A stretch of DNA of 62,912 nt, the filler included, from Bigelowiella natans CCMP2755 (Eukaryota > Protista > Cercozoa), in NCBI GenBank assembly GCA_000320545.1. It is 9 parts of 9 records of this genome, joined end to end, with 100 filler letters (N's around TTAATTAATTAA, not from the genome) between each part and the next. Parts side by side here need not be neighbours in the genome. Positions count along the whole stretch, not along the records: positions 37,123 to 39,081 come from ADNK01000818.1; positions 39,182 to 50,552 come from ADNK01000511.1; positions 50,653 to 52,724 come from ADNK01002273.1; 6 more parts are not named here. One strand, given 5' to 3'. The notes under the pieces were generated by a model. It searched no databases. It was not told the origin of the DNA and saw only the letters and a list, made by a program, of their open reading frames with translations. A program made the translations under genes and the position numbers. Shown in pieces: positions 38,981-51,582 of this stretch (position 1 is the first letter of the stretch; every line of letters begins with the position of its first letter).

Positions 38981-39049
38981 CAATGATGGTAGTAGGAGTA
39001 GCAACTACCCGGAGGAACGCCTCATCACGATGTACGCAAATCCCCGGTG
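30439..39049 (-). CDS. Pentatricopeptide-repeat (PPR) protein, probably with an N-terminal RRM; spans two assembly gaps
   Basis: PPR-like exons: KTNHWERALRMYVKM / VSSGVMPETSTYNSLMNTCR / AGRYNKALIVFQLLRAQNLEPDGTTY / MNALILASSKAGDWVLTCK / RTYSALIFALTKKGDIKNGLKQFFQMCEE / GVLPSMEAFATVILACINDKDFNTAREALKQ / LSLDYATFNLLMEAI. A long low-complexity C-terminal exon lies at 30700-31500. The RNP1-like HRGFAYIVM is at 39049-39009. Continuity across the gaps is inferred. Confidence 0.8.
33957..34056. other. Assembly gap with artificial linker
   Basis: 44 N + TTAATTAATTAA + 44 N. Confidence 0.98.
37023..37122. other. Assembly gap with artificial linker
   Basis: 44 N + TTAATTAATTAA + 44 N. Confidence 0.98.
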
Positions 39050-39081
39050 CTAGAGTAGCAGCGCAGTACACCACACAACAA

Positions 39082-39181
39082 NNNNNNNNNNNNNNNNNNN
39101 NNNNNNNNNNNNNNNNNNNNNNNNNTTAATTAATTAANNNNNNNNNNNNNNNNNNNNNNNNNNNNNNNNNNNNNNNNNNNN
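39082..39181. other. Assembly gap with artificial linker
   Basis: 44 N + TTAATTAATTAA + 44 N. Confidence 0.98.
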
Positions 39182-39456
39182 CCAATTTTTGCGATAGTGT
39201 AATGCCGACACAATTGCACGCTCCCTACAGAGCACGTTCAATAACCCGAGTCACAGGTCTATTCTACGAGTTTTTGGTACTACGTGCGATGAATATTGCT
39301 GTAGAGCTATAATAGACATATTTACGCCGCTGCTTTGCACAGCTACATCAGGGTGACCATTGAATAAATTTAATTTATTGATTTTACATTCCTCTGACAC
39401 ATACATAAGGATGACGATTGAAAAAATTAATTATTCATTACATCAGTCTCATATAT

Positions 39457-39498
<42 letters not shown>

Positions 39499-39523
39499 TG
39501 TAAAAGCATGAGACTACATATGG

Positions 39524-39595
<72 letters not shown>

Positions 39596-39620
39596 CCATA
39601 TGTAGTCTCATGCTTTTACA

Positions 39621-39662
<42 letters not shown>

Positions 39663-39937
39663 ATATATGAGACTGATGTAATGAATAATTAATTTTTTCA
39701 ATCGTCATCCTTATGTATGTGTCAGAGGAATGTAAAATCAATAAATTAAATTTATTCAATGGTCACCCTGATGTAGCTGTGCAAAGCAGCGGCGTAAATA
39801 TGTCTATTATAGCTCTACAGCAATATTCATCGCACGTAGTACCAAAAACTCGTAGAATAGACCTGTGACTCGGGTTATTGAACGTGCTCTGTAGGAAGCG
39901 TGCAATTGTGTCGGCATTACACTATCGCAAAAATTGG
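39182..39937. repeat. 756-bp near-perfect palindrome (378-bp arms, no spacer, centred on (TA)n)
   Basis: Positions i and 79119-i are complementary wherever I checked, with one mismatch seen (39223/39896). This explains the identical 81-aa ORFs on both strands. It begins at the first base after the gap. Confidence 0.95.
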
Positions 39938-39939
39938 AT

Positions 39940-40250
39940 TCGACGTGCCATATTTATTCATTAGAGCCATACAGTTGGGTAGCTGCGTTTGACTACGAGC
40001 ACGTGCGACGAGTATACCAAATGCACATTTGTGCAGAATTTATGTGTATGTCTAGGGGTGCAAGCATGGCAGCAATGCGCTGCAGATACAACTTTGCAGT
40101 CATAGCATAGTGTACTAAGTTGCGCAGCTAGTAACGCTAGCATAACAAGACGTGCTAGGATTGTAAGAGGATGGGCTATGCTGCATATAATATTGATGCT
40201 ATGGCTATTATCAGAGGGGTATCACGCAGCAGCTACATGTATTTAAAATT
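39940..40250. other. Intergenic TGCA/CTAG-rich block
   Basis: gcaagcatggcagcaatgcgctgcag, gcagctagtaacgctagcat; lies between the PPR and coiled-coil genes. Confidence 0.4.
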
Positions 40251-40341
40251 TTTGAAATACTTATGTGCAGCAACATCAATAAGACTACAGAAGTTGAATA
40301 TAGGAAAGAATTTTCTAATGAATATCCATGATATAGATTTT

Positions 40342-43300
40342 TCAGTAGTCATCAGAGTTATCCAAGTCATCTCTTGTTAGGGGAGGATCTGCTCCACTGC
40401 TGGTATATATACCCTTTCCTTTCGATTTGCTACTTGCTTCTTTACCTGAAAACAAGCAGTCGCATTTCCCTAATTGATTGGTTTCTTTCATGAAAATGAT
40501 ATTACTTTCGTTAGATCTCGATGAGCCTTTCTTACTCCGCCGAACCCGACGAAGAGAGAGTTGTCGCTGAATCTGATACGTAAGTATGTGAAGTACCTTC
40601 TGTTAGTATTATACGTGTATATATGCGTATATGTGTAGGACATGATGTGTAGGTAAGTATTAGAATCATTCAAAGTGAAACCTTTTCTGATAAACGATCG
40701 AGATGCATTGCATACACTTTTCTCTCCTTCCGAAGATCAAGTTCTGCCCGCTCTGCTCTCAACGTTGCCTATGGGTGAGAGATGTAAGCTAAGTTGCCGT
40801 GAAGACGATTGAAAATAGAATCCTACGCACTAACCATTTTCGCTTCTTTGATTGCTTCTTCCGCGTCAAATTTTGCGTTCTCGGCAGCTTTTGTCATCAC
40901 ACCAGCTCTGACTCGTAGAGACATCAGCTCCTGCACGAGGAAAATGAGAGACTTCACGTTTATCAGGTTTACTATCCTACCTCTGCTGTTCGTCCTGAAT
41001 CGCCGTTTCCTTCCTCAAGCAGATTGAGGCGCTTATTTGTAGCGGAAAGGGCCGATCTAACATCTTTTAGCGACTAAGAAACATAAGACAGAGGGACTTA
41101 CTCGCAATGCAGCCCTTCACAACATTCTTCCCAGAGGGGAGTGTAATTGACCTCTTTCAAAGCCCTTTTCTCTGCTTTGAGCTCTTTCATCTTCGAAGTG
41201 TGGGACTTCTTCAGTGCCACGATCTTTAATGTTTTATTATCGGAGGGCGGTGGGCGATATGAGGGTATAGCATTATTCACATAACCAGTCGCTCAAGCTC
41301 ACTTGTATGCAATCGTCGATGCATGGGAAGGAATAACAAGATACATGATTCCACACTAACATGCACGCACTTGGTAACAGAAATACTGAAGGTAAAAAAA
41401 AAGGAGGGCATCCTTAATACAATAATCCTTAAAATCGAGTGCTACTGTGACCTCTGCTTTCTTCAGTCTAGAAAATTCAGCGCGACATTTAGCCTCTATC
41501 TCTTCCGCAAAATGATCCATTTTTCCCTGGGAAGAAAACGAGAAATCATTACCTCTGAGCATAATATTCAGATCTCTAGTGTGATGGAGCCCTTGTACAA
41601 ACCGCACTGGATGGACCAATTGTTTTGTGATGCGAAATTACTTTAGTGCGTCTCCTCGAGTCCTCAACCTCGTTGTTGTAGACCATTTTTTGGCGACTGA
41701 GCTCCGACTTCATCAAAGCAAGGAATAAATACAATTCTTAGAAACTATAATGCTTGAGCACGTTGCACCAAAGAATTCAAGGTTTTTACTTGTCGATCTG
41801 TTTGTTAAGAATCTTTCTGTGTAGTAAGGCAAGAAAGCTGCTCCCATGTTTCTACCTGCAACTTTAGCACTAAGGATCTCTCTGCCGACAGGTCTTGATT
41901 GAACTGGTCGGTTAGGGTCTGAATTCCAAATAGTATTATATACACATCACAGCGTCAACGAGAGCAGTAAACAGCGTAGAACTAGGGAAAATAAAGGCGG
42001 ATATGTATGACGGATATTGAGAGGGTGAAGAGAAAGAACAGCAAATCAGTAGCATGTGATTAGAGGACATATTCTTCTTCCTTGGGAAGAAAGGCATGGC
42101 ATGATGATTCACCTCTATGCGAGCGGTTAGTCGTCCTATCGAATTTTCCTGGATTCGTAGCAAGTTGGAGGCCTTGTCTACTCTTGCATTTGCCTAAGAG
42201 TAGTAGCACGGCGTGGCCTCTGAGATGATGACACCACAGCGAAACAGTCCGGTTGTTGTACCTTGTCTCGTTCTAAGATACTTGCTTCTCGCACGGCGTC
42301 CTGGAGTTTTCTGACGGAGGAGAGTTACACTGAAGGTAAGGCGATAAAGTTGAAGAATGACGAATTTGTGAACAACGCGAGTTTCTCTAACCGCCCCTTC
42401 AGGTCGGTGGTACCGAAACACAAAAAATCTTAACTTTCTTGACTCAAATTCGTACTCTCAAACAGAATGACGTCCTAGGAATCTAGAGACAATGAAGTGG
42501 CATTCGAACTAGGAAAAGTGGAGAGGAAGGTCTAGGTAATCAGAGAATATCTCGTGAACACAAGTTGTGTTTCAATGAGTAACATCACCTTTCCTGAGAT
42601 TCCTTCATCTTCTGGATCCTTGCGTCGTAGGCCTCACTTGTCTATTGTGTAATTTTTACGTGAGGTTACTGTGTATCAACCCCATGATGTAGCACAAAAA
42701 ATACTACCTCCTTTTGCGCGCGGTGCATGGCCTCTGCCATCATCATCGAGATGTGCTGAAGAAGAATAAACAAAAACAGTGTTAGCAATACAACAAGTAG
42801 ACAGTAACAGCTCCCAAAGGCACCCTATATTCATATGTTAGTTAAATACTCATCGTCGCTAAAACCATCAAAAGGAGGACTACGCCAGCAAATCTCACTT
42901 TGTCTCGAGCTTCAGCCTCCTGCAGGTGCCTGAGTAGGAACGTAACGTAAGCAACAAACTTATATCCTCTTCTCACTGTAAGATAGTTGTCAAGGTATAG
43001 AGAAACCCCGTCCGGACGGGGCTCGTAGGTAACGAAACCAACTGTACTGTTGTTATTTCACAAGCACCATGACCTTTTCTGAATGTCTTGTAACTCCTCG
43101 AACCGAGCCTTTTGCTCCTTTTTCAGCGCCATCATCGCGTCCTCAAGCTGTTTATCTTTCTTCTGTAAGGCTTTCTGAAGCACATGATAGAAGAATATTA
43201 GGGTGTATGTGGTAACAGTTTCGCAGTATACGAATGCTTGTGTGGGGCTTGGTTATTGAGGAAAATATGCTTACTGACCGAGAGGTCTGTAGAGAATTTA

Positions 43301-45870
43301 TCCTTAAGTACATTCATCTGCTTCTCCTTCTGACAAACAAGGGAAAAATGCAAAAATCAATCAGCGACGACGAAAAAATGATATTCCTGATCACAAAAAC
43401 TATGTGACTTGCTTAACAAAGTACCACATTATCATCACAAGCACTATTGCTACCTCATTTCTTTCGTTCATCAAGGTCTCTTGTAGATGAAAGACCTGCT
43501 CCTATTTGTTATGACACAGACATAATCTTATTATTCAATCATTCAAAATCATCTATCGTGCAGCCTTCCATCACCATCAGCTCATCCATGTACGGCCGTT
43601 ATTACCTTGGTCTTTGTCGACTGCTTCTTCACTTCCTCGCCAACTGATTCCATCTCCCGCAATTTCCTGTCCTTATCAGCGAGCAGTTGTTCATACTCTA
43701 GAGTTCGACTTTCCTGTGTTATCAGTGTGAAGTGGGGATTAGAATATCCCTTTCTGTAGTGTTTGGATGACAGGCAGGAGGACGGGGGTATGGGCATAAC
43801 AATAGACTGAATCAAGTAGATTTATTCGTGTTCGTTTACTATTTTTGAAAGTTCTTTCGTCATGATGGAGAGACGATCCACAGCTTCTCGAGCAGTTCCG
43901 TCTGAGGCAGCTACGAGAGCCTGTCAGAGAAATAGCTAGGATGATGCGACGACGATGATGATGATGATGATTATAATGGACCCCCTAGCATTAATGCTAG
44001 TAGTGACAACTCTACGGAAGATTTAAGAACTATCCAATATTGCAGATGAGACTGCAGTTCTCCAAGAATAGAAACTATTGTTGCTTTTCGATATCATTTA
44101 AAGACATTTGTTTCGAATCGTTTGTATCTCACTTTGCTTTTGGTTAGGGCATTTTTGCAGTCGTCTAGCTGTGCTGCCAATCTATGCTTCTGTTTGAATG
44201 AACCAACTTTTCAGATCAATATCGAGTGCAATAATGATTATGTTTGCCAAAATAAATATGCAGTTGTGATATTTATCATTTTATACTCATAAATACAGGT
44301 ACAAATTTAAAGGTGTAGGCTCTTCAGTTTATCAGCAATTTTTCAAGGTATTTCCATAGGAATACTCAGCCGATCATAATCATGAAACATAATTTTTGTG
44401 CTTAATGCAGCTTATAGCCGACATATCTCAGTCAAGACCAATTGCCCGAAACATTACATCTTACCTCTGTCTCAAGATCAGAAGCGCGAATTCCTTCCCT
44501 AGATACGGCTCTTTGCAAACGACCGTTAGCTCCTTGCATACTCTCAACCTGTGAAGCCAAGGAGGCCTTTTCCTGGAAGCATTTAATAGCAAACGACAAT
44601 GATGGAAGGCTCTGTGTGTTATTGTCTCAGTCGGTATCGTTTATGCTGTCGACTCCCGATGGATGTGAAACCCAGGAAGTCAGAAAATCAGTTCTATTAT
44701 TTGGCAATGATAAATTTTAAGTTTATATCACACTACTACAGTATACCTGCTCTAGAGCTTGGACCCTCCCTGCAAGCTCGCCGTTCTTTCCATTTAGGTC
44801 ATTTAACCGTACCTCTGCCTCATGAATTTTGGATTGAGTCTGCTCCACCACGTGCTGAGAGAGACGATGTACTTCATCTAGCTCCTGACTTCGTTGCAGA
44901 TTCTGCTCCCTCCGTAACCATTCTTCCTGTCACACGGAGGAGGTACAAACACACAACGCATGACATTTAAGCGTCAGAGCCTGAACTGTGTTGCGAGCAT
45001 CATCCTTGTTACCTTTCGCAGCTGGGTTTTTAAGATCTGTATATACTCTAATTTCTGAGAAGAACGATGGAAGATTAGTGAAAATTGTGGACGAGTTGCC
45101 AGAGAGAAGATAGTAGCAGGATATAAATGGCACAACCTCGTTCATTCGGTTCATGTTCTCCTCTAGTATCGATTTCTCACGGTCTTTATCTCCAAAACCT
45201 CTGTTAAAACTTTCATGGAAGCTCGTCGTTGCAATTTTTGAGTCATCTAGAGGTCGAGCATGGCCACGTTCTTTTTTTATATTTAGGCTCTTCATCATCA
45301 TCCTAGAAGGAGTGGTTGTTACACCCACGTTCACTGCAGGTGATTCGTTAATGATAGGAGATCTGACTCGTGCAGATTGCTGATCCACAGGTCCTGCAGC
45401 TCCTATGCGACTATGCCTTGGTGTTGGAACAGGGGGTGTTGCAGGAATGGGCTCAAAATGCCTTCTCGATGTAGATTGACCATCTCGGAAAGATAGAGAC
45501 CCTTGCTGGGGAGACCTGAGAAACCAAGTATTGTATCCAACCTGTCAAAAGTCGGATCAAGCTTATGCAGTAGTAATAACGAGTTTGGTTAGCACACTAA
45601 TGAAATTCTCATGATGCAAAGTATTTGTTGTTACTCCTAGCCTGCAACCTGGCCTCGTTCGATTCGAACATAGTCAGCAAGCCATTCTGCTTTATTTTAC
45701 CTAGTTCAAGTCAACGATAGAACGTAAGTTGTATGAGTTGGTTAGATGAAAGGAAGAGGGTGAGAAGGGAGGAAAAGATTCAGGTGGGAGTCCAATCCCG
45801 ACAATACGACTGACTGGGCTGGGGGTTAGTATACGTGTTGAGGTTCGGAAACCGAGATGAACGTTGACAT
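40342..45870 (-). CDS. Long multi-exon coiled-coil protein of unknown function
   Basis: Many in-frame heptad-rich exons with GT-AG ends, e.g. EEWLRREQNLQRSQELDEVHRLSQHVVEQ, KHRLAAQLDDCKNALTKSK, KALQKKDKQLEDAMMALKKEQKARFEELQDIQKR and ELMSLRVRAGVMTKAAENAKFDAEEAIKEAKM. A plausible last exon is VKEASSKSKGKG...DNSDDY*. The 5' end is uncertain. Confidence 0.75.
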
Positions 45871-46039
45871 TGTAACTACCGCACCGAAATTAGCGAGATT
45901 TTACAATAATTCAGTTGTCGCAGAGAGAAATTCACTTCCGTTTTCTTTTTTATTGTCTGCAGCATTTTTCATGTCTCACACGATGAAACCGATCAAACAG
46001 CATTCATTCTCAACCTCTATTTCACTTAGAAATAGCCTC

Positions 46040-46440
46040 ACTTTAACCATTACGTCAAGCTACTGGAAGCTGTCGCAGTGCAAAAAATTGCACAATTTCT
46101 CGCCATTACTCAAAACCCCACGATGTGTGCACGGGGATGCCGCAATGCAACATGGACAGACAACATGGAGCAAGCTATTTGCTACCAGTTGAATAGCTTG
46201 AAACCAAGAGCTCATGTGCATGGCTGCATCCAATCTGTTGTGACTAGCTAGCTCATGAGCATTCAAGCATTCGAGCTAGCATGCTAGCACATGCTAGCAT
46301 GGCTGGCTAGCTGGTGCGAGATCACGCGATCTAGATGCACATGCACATCTTGACATTTAGACGAGATGAGAATAATGCACTCCATGCTACATGCGCGTAG
46401 CATGTTGTCATGCTGGTACTAGCTTCATGATAATGAAAAT
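46040..46440. other. Intergenic CATG/CTAG-rich block
   Basis: gagctagcatgctagcacatgctagcatggctggctagctgg; lies between the coiled-coil and F-BAR genes. Confidence 0.5.
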
Positions 46441-46721
46441 TTTGATACAACAGCTGCGCTGTTTTAATAATTTCCGAACCGTATTTCATATGATAAGAGA
46501 ATACATTGACTGTTTCGGTATATTTTAGGTTTCTACTGCTGCATGATTGAATATTAAATTTGATTCTTCTTCGCCTATTTTACGCGATAGAGATACGTCT
46601 TCGTCCCACCATCACAAGCATCAATTAACGCGTCTCATCCTTCTCTTTTTCTTCGTCCCCACCAACAAAATTTACAGCGACGACAACAACGACGACGACG
46701 GTGGCAATGATGATGTATGAC

Positions 46722-47130
46722 TCAGAACCACATCATGCCTCGAATATCTAGTGGAGTATACGGCTCAACATGGCAGTAGTAGCCGAACGAACGTTCGTAG
46801 TCTTCCTTCACGTATTCCGGAGGCTCCTCCTGGTTCTGATATGAGCGCATAAACTTAAAATATTGACATTAATAACGGTATTTTGTGTCCTATTTTGGCC
46901 ATAATTTACCCTGTTCTTCTTGATGAATCTCTGCACGTTATCGTGAAGGTCGACTGATTCTGCGGATCTCCATGTATCTTTCAACACGCTGATGAGGTGC
47001 GACAATCGCTTTGTCTAGCAAAGAAGAGTGGACAGGGCAAATATGAACATCGTTAGTCTGTATTCGTGTCGTGATAAATATTCCGGGAGATATCCCGGCT
47101 TGCTATTCTAATCATCATAATTTAGTAGTG

Positions 47131-47161
<31 letters not shown>

Positions 47162-47873
47162 GTGTAGTGATTAGTAGAAGTAGTAGCAGTAGTAGTAATA
47201 GTGGTAGAACGATAACCGACCGACTCTTCTCCGAACGACTGTGCTAGCGCTTGGACCGTCTCAAAGCGTTTATGCTCCGTCGCTTGCATCTGGTCGAGGT
47301 GCTTACGCGTGCGCTCTTCCAGCAACTCTGTGGCGCTTTGCAGGGCCTCCTTCTTGCGCTTCAGTGTGTCCATACACTTGTTGTATTCCTGATAGTGGTG
47401 AGGAGGAAAGGAGCAGCACAACAAAGTCATTGGAATTGTCTATCATCAATATGACGACAACGACGACGACGTAACCTTGATCCTTTGATCCATCTTTGAC
47501 TTGAGCTTGTGCACGTCGTCTTTTCCCCACTTGAAGAAGTTCTTCTTCACGGCCTCGCCCCTATCTGCAGCCTTCTGAGCAGTATGATGTTTGTCTATTG
47601 CAGCATCTTGCTCCTGACGAGCCTAGAGGAGGAGAGAAAAAGGGGGAGGGGGAGAGCGGGCAACGAATGAAGATTTTTTTAGGGAATATGTTCACCATTA
47701 TCATCACAACATCAAAATGTAGGGGTGATAGAGGAGCGACTCCTCTACTGATAAATCGTACTAAAAACAGTGGACTTCTTTCTGAGTCACACTTAGCTGT
47801 ATTTAGATGCTTATAACAACATACATCGGTGATATTTTCGGTCACTAGAATACACACACACACACACATAATA

Positions 47874-47908
<35 letters not shown>

Positions 47909-47916
47909 AACAAATA

Positions 47917-47950
<34 letters not shown>

Positions 47951-49128
47951 AATCATCCCAGGTCTCCTCGAAGACAAACACTTAGTCTGTGTTTTTACTG
48001 TACCTTCTTGAGCTCACGTTCGGCCTTATCCCTCTCTTGTCTTGCTATATCATGCGACCTCAGCTCTGCGTCATGCTGTTTCTGCTGGAATTTGACGTGA
48101 GCCTTCAGCTCTACTCGTAATGAATGCAGCCCGCTCTCATAGCGCCCATACAATTCGTGCATCCCTTGCCAGTACTTTATCATCTCCTCGACACACTGAT
48201 AATGATAATAACCGTGTGATGTGATGATGTTTTTAATTGCATTACAGCGATCGATTCATAGGTTTAAAGATTATCCTCGTCATCATCATCATCATCATCA
48301 TCGTCATTTCGCCAATGCCGCCTCTAATACCATTGTCACAGAACCCAAGCAGTAACAACGATCATCGCACAGCATAATGCACAAGTTACTGTGTGCCCCA
48401 CCACCAACACACACACACGGTGGTTTCCAAACACATCCACGCACGCACGCGGAATGCGTCTGAACTCCCTCGCACTGCTTAGCTTGCAGATCGCGGCACC
48501 ACCCTCCCCCTCCTCCTCATTCTAGGCAAATGATGTACTGTACCCTAGCAAGAGCGTTGAAGGCAGGGACCAACGTATAGCCATCATGCACCGAGAATAT
48601 CACCCCTGTGGAGCTCCTTCTCGCATACTGCGACAGCCACTTGCGCATGAGCTTTGTCTCAATTTCCTGCGATTCTGCTGCCGCCTCCAGGGAGACTTCT
48701 ATGGTCTTGATCACACCGATGTTGCGGTTAGCGTACGCGATAGCTTTGTCAAAGCCCTTGAGTCCCAATACCTCGCTCATCTTCGGCTCTTCCCCCACGT
48801 CGTAAGCGGAAAGGTTGTCTGTGGCCGTTTTGATGGACGTTGATCTGTTCACCAGCACTTCGGAGAGGAACTCCTGAGGAGGGGGGGGGGGGGGGGGGGG
48901 GGGGTTATTCCATGGTGTGCTTTCGTGTGCCGATGGATGGATGATGATAATAATAGTGATGATGATGATGATGAAGGCGCCCATACGCAGAGGGGCTGCT
49001 GCAAACATCACCGTTTTACCTTGAGATCTGTCTTAAATGCCAGTGAATGAGCGGCGTGGTGTATTTCTAAGATGGACTTCTTCAAACCTTGCATCGTCTG
49101 GATTATTGATAAAGGAGAGCCAACCATA

Positions 49129-49159
<31 letters not shown>

Positions 49160-50144
49160 GTGATTTCGTGTTTCCTTTAATATTTCAATGGTTTGCCGAC
49201 CACCATTAGCCATTATCGTCATATTGTTGTGTTGCTATTATTATTCTTTTATTACCATTTCGAATTGCGAAATGAGAAACTTGAGCGTGTGTTTGAGCTT
49301 GCATTGACACTCTCTTTCCTTCATCTCGTACAATGCCAGCATTCGTGCGAAGACGAAGTCGTGCTTGCGGGTTATTGCGTTTAATTCGTTTCGATAGTAC
49401 ATCAGCTGGTGCTCACGCTTCTTCTTCACCTGTGTATGGGAGGGGGGGGCAATCGCATAGAAAAAGATTGCAATAGGCGGATAAGAGTGTGAATGAATTT
49501 ATGATGAGAGCCTTTTCGAAAAAGAGGGATCGAGGTTTTGTGTGTGTGTGAGTGTGTCTGAGCGTCGTTCGTGAAATGGTGATGATTGATGTTGGTAGCT
49601 AGCATTGGTGAAGAGGAGGAGGAGGAGGAGGAGGAGGAGGAGGAGGAGGAGAATTTATCCGGATAGTAGGATGGAAATAGCGAGCAGCATCCAAAACTCA
49701 CTAGCCCACCATTAGACGAGAATTTAAAGGCACTACTTCTACTTGCTACTTCTCACTACCTTCTTCGTCTGATCGACCTTCTGCCAAATCCTGTCTAGTG
49801 TAACCTGAGAGGCGTGGTCCTCTTTTTCTGTCCGCTTCTGCTCGCCGCAGACATGCGCGTAACTGGCCTCGGCTTTCTTAAGCTCGGCCTCGGCCCCCTC
49901 CATGCGTGATTTGGCTTCCTCAACCTCCTTCATGAGCTTGCTGCGCGCCTCCTGTGGGGAAGTAGTATGTAGTTAGCGCCAGCATTACACATACAACAAC
50001 AGCAACAACATCCCGATATGGTATGGAACAAGTGCAGCGCCAAGCAGCTTTGCAAAATGGGAGGAGGAGCAACAACAGTGAACGGGAGATGATGATGATG
50101 ATATACTGCTATCGACCATTACACATCTCACCCTTCCGCAAACA

Positions 50145-50181
<37 letters not shown>

Positions 50182-50490
50182 TATTATTATAATAATTAAT
50201 AATACAACCGTGTAGCGGAGCATGGACTTCTTGATCATCCCTTTTGACATTCTTAGACCCTGCGCAAGGCCTGACAGCTTCGTGGCCAGCCCATCTCCCC
50301 TTCCCGCCGATTTCCCATCGTGGCTTCCATTCAGATACTCATCCATCTTTCTCTGTATTGTGTGCAGGTAATAATAATAATAATCATCATCATCATCATC
50401 ATCACATTTTTGTCATTTGTTATCGACTTCACCCTAATGGAAACTCGCATGGCCTCCCAGAGTCTCTGCATCGTTCCTTCTTGCGGTACC
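46722..50490 (-). CDS. Protein with two tandem F-BAR (FCH-BAR)-like domains
   Basis: Domain 1 remnants: EGTMQRLWEAMRVSIR, KLMKEVEEAKSRMEGAEAELKKAEASYAHVC, YYRNELNAITRKHDFVFARMLALYEMKERECQCKLKHTL. Domain 2: GLKGFDKAIAYANRNIGVIKTIEVSLEAAAESQEIETKLMRKW, ERDKAERELKKARQEQDAA, KLKSKMDQRIKEYNKCM, LDQMQATEHKRFETVQ, DNVQRFIKKNRNQEEPPEYVKEDYE..WF*. The helical order matches F-BAR consensus from memory; no HMM was run. Confidence 0.6.
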
Positions 50491-50499
50491 TTAGAGTTG

Positions 50500-50549
<50 letters not shown>

Positions 50550-50552
50550 AAA

Positions 50553-50652
50553 NNNNNNNNNNNNNNNNNNNNNNNNNNNNNNNNNNNNNNNNNNNNTTAA
50601 TTAATTAANNNNNNNNNNNNNNNNNNNNNNNNNNNNNNNNNNNNNNNNNNNN
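50553..50652. other. Assembly gap with artificial linker
   Basis: 44 N + TTAATTAATTAA + 44 N. Confidence 0.98.
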
Positions 50653-50687
50653 TCTGGGAGGCCTTTAGTCATTGGAAGTATAAATAT

Positions 50688-50722
<35 letters not shown>

Positions 50723-51089
50723 TACATTTGTAGGTAATTTGTTGTGTTTTATGAAAGAAGTAGTAGTGAATCGCCATCACCATCATCAATCATCATCACA
50801 ATCATTATCATCATCAATACCGCAAGTTTCTCAAGGCACCATCATCAATCAGTAACTACCTCCAAGCTGCAATGCCGCACATGCAATCGTAGTTCCCCCC
50901 CCCCTCCCCCTCCTTATCGCCTGAAGCACAGAACACCATTGTCTTTCTTACGTGGGAGGCGTAACGAGGGCAAATACCAAAATTATGCAGCGTCAATACT
51001 TCATGTTTTTTAGGTGGTGGAAAAAGCTATAGCTGATGCGCAGCTTTGCATAAATCGGTTTGCTTTGTGCTTAAACTCGCTCCTGACCA

Positions 51090-51538
51090 ATCTCATCCTT
51101 AGTAGCATCGTCGTCGTCATCATCGAGAATGCTTCTTTCTGCTAGCGTCTGAGCATTCGAGCACATGAAGTCTTTGTAGCGCTACTCATGTGACCGTGGA
51201 AGAAGGAGAGGGGGGGGGGGGGGATGGGTTAGTGTTACGAAAAAGGGTGGCTATTAAACCTGGTTCTTTCCCTCTCTCTCTCCCTCCTCCCAATATTACT
51301 CAATGTATCACACTATAATGTGCGACGTCAGTCAAACCATCGTTCCAAAGCTGTCACGCTGATTCGGCATGCGCTTGTGGAGGCATGGAAAAGGACAAAG
51401 GGGGGAAGGGGGAGGGGGGAAGATGGCGAGGAAGAGACCTCAATTGTTGTGTATTCGAGGAAGCTTGTTTTTGGGGTGGAACGAAGCCGTAGTTGAGCAT
51501 TTCCTGGGGAACGTCCTATGGCAGTGCGAAATGTAAAC

Positions 51539-51582
<44 letters not shown>

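Noticed and set aside
39418-39701. Identical 81-aa ORFs on both strands as a duplicated gene
   Set aside because: They are a product of the palindrome and of (TA)n/(CA)n translation (poly-YI, poly-HT).
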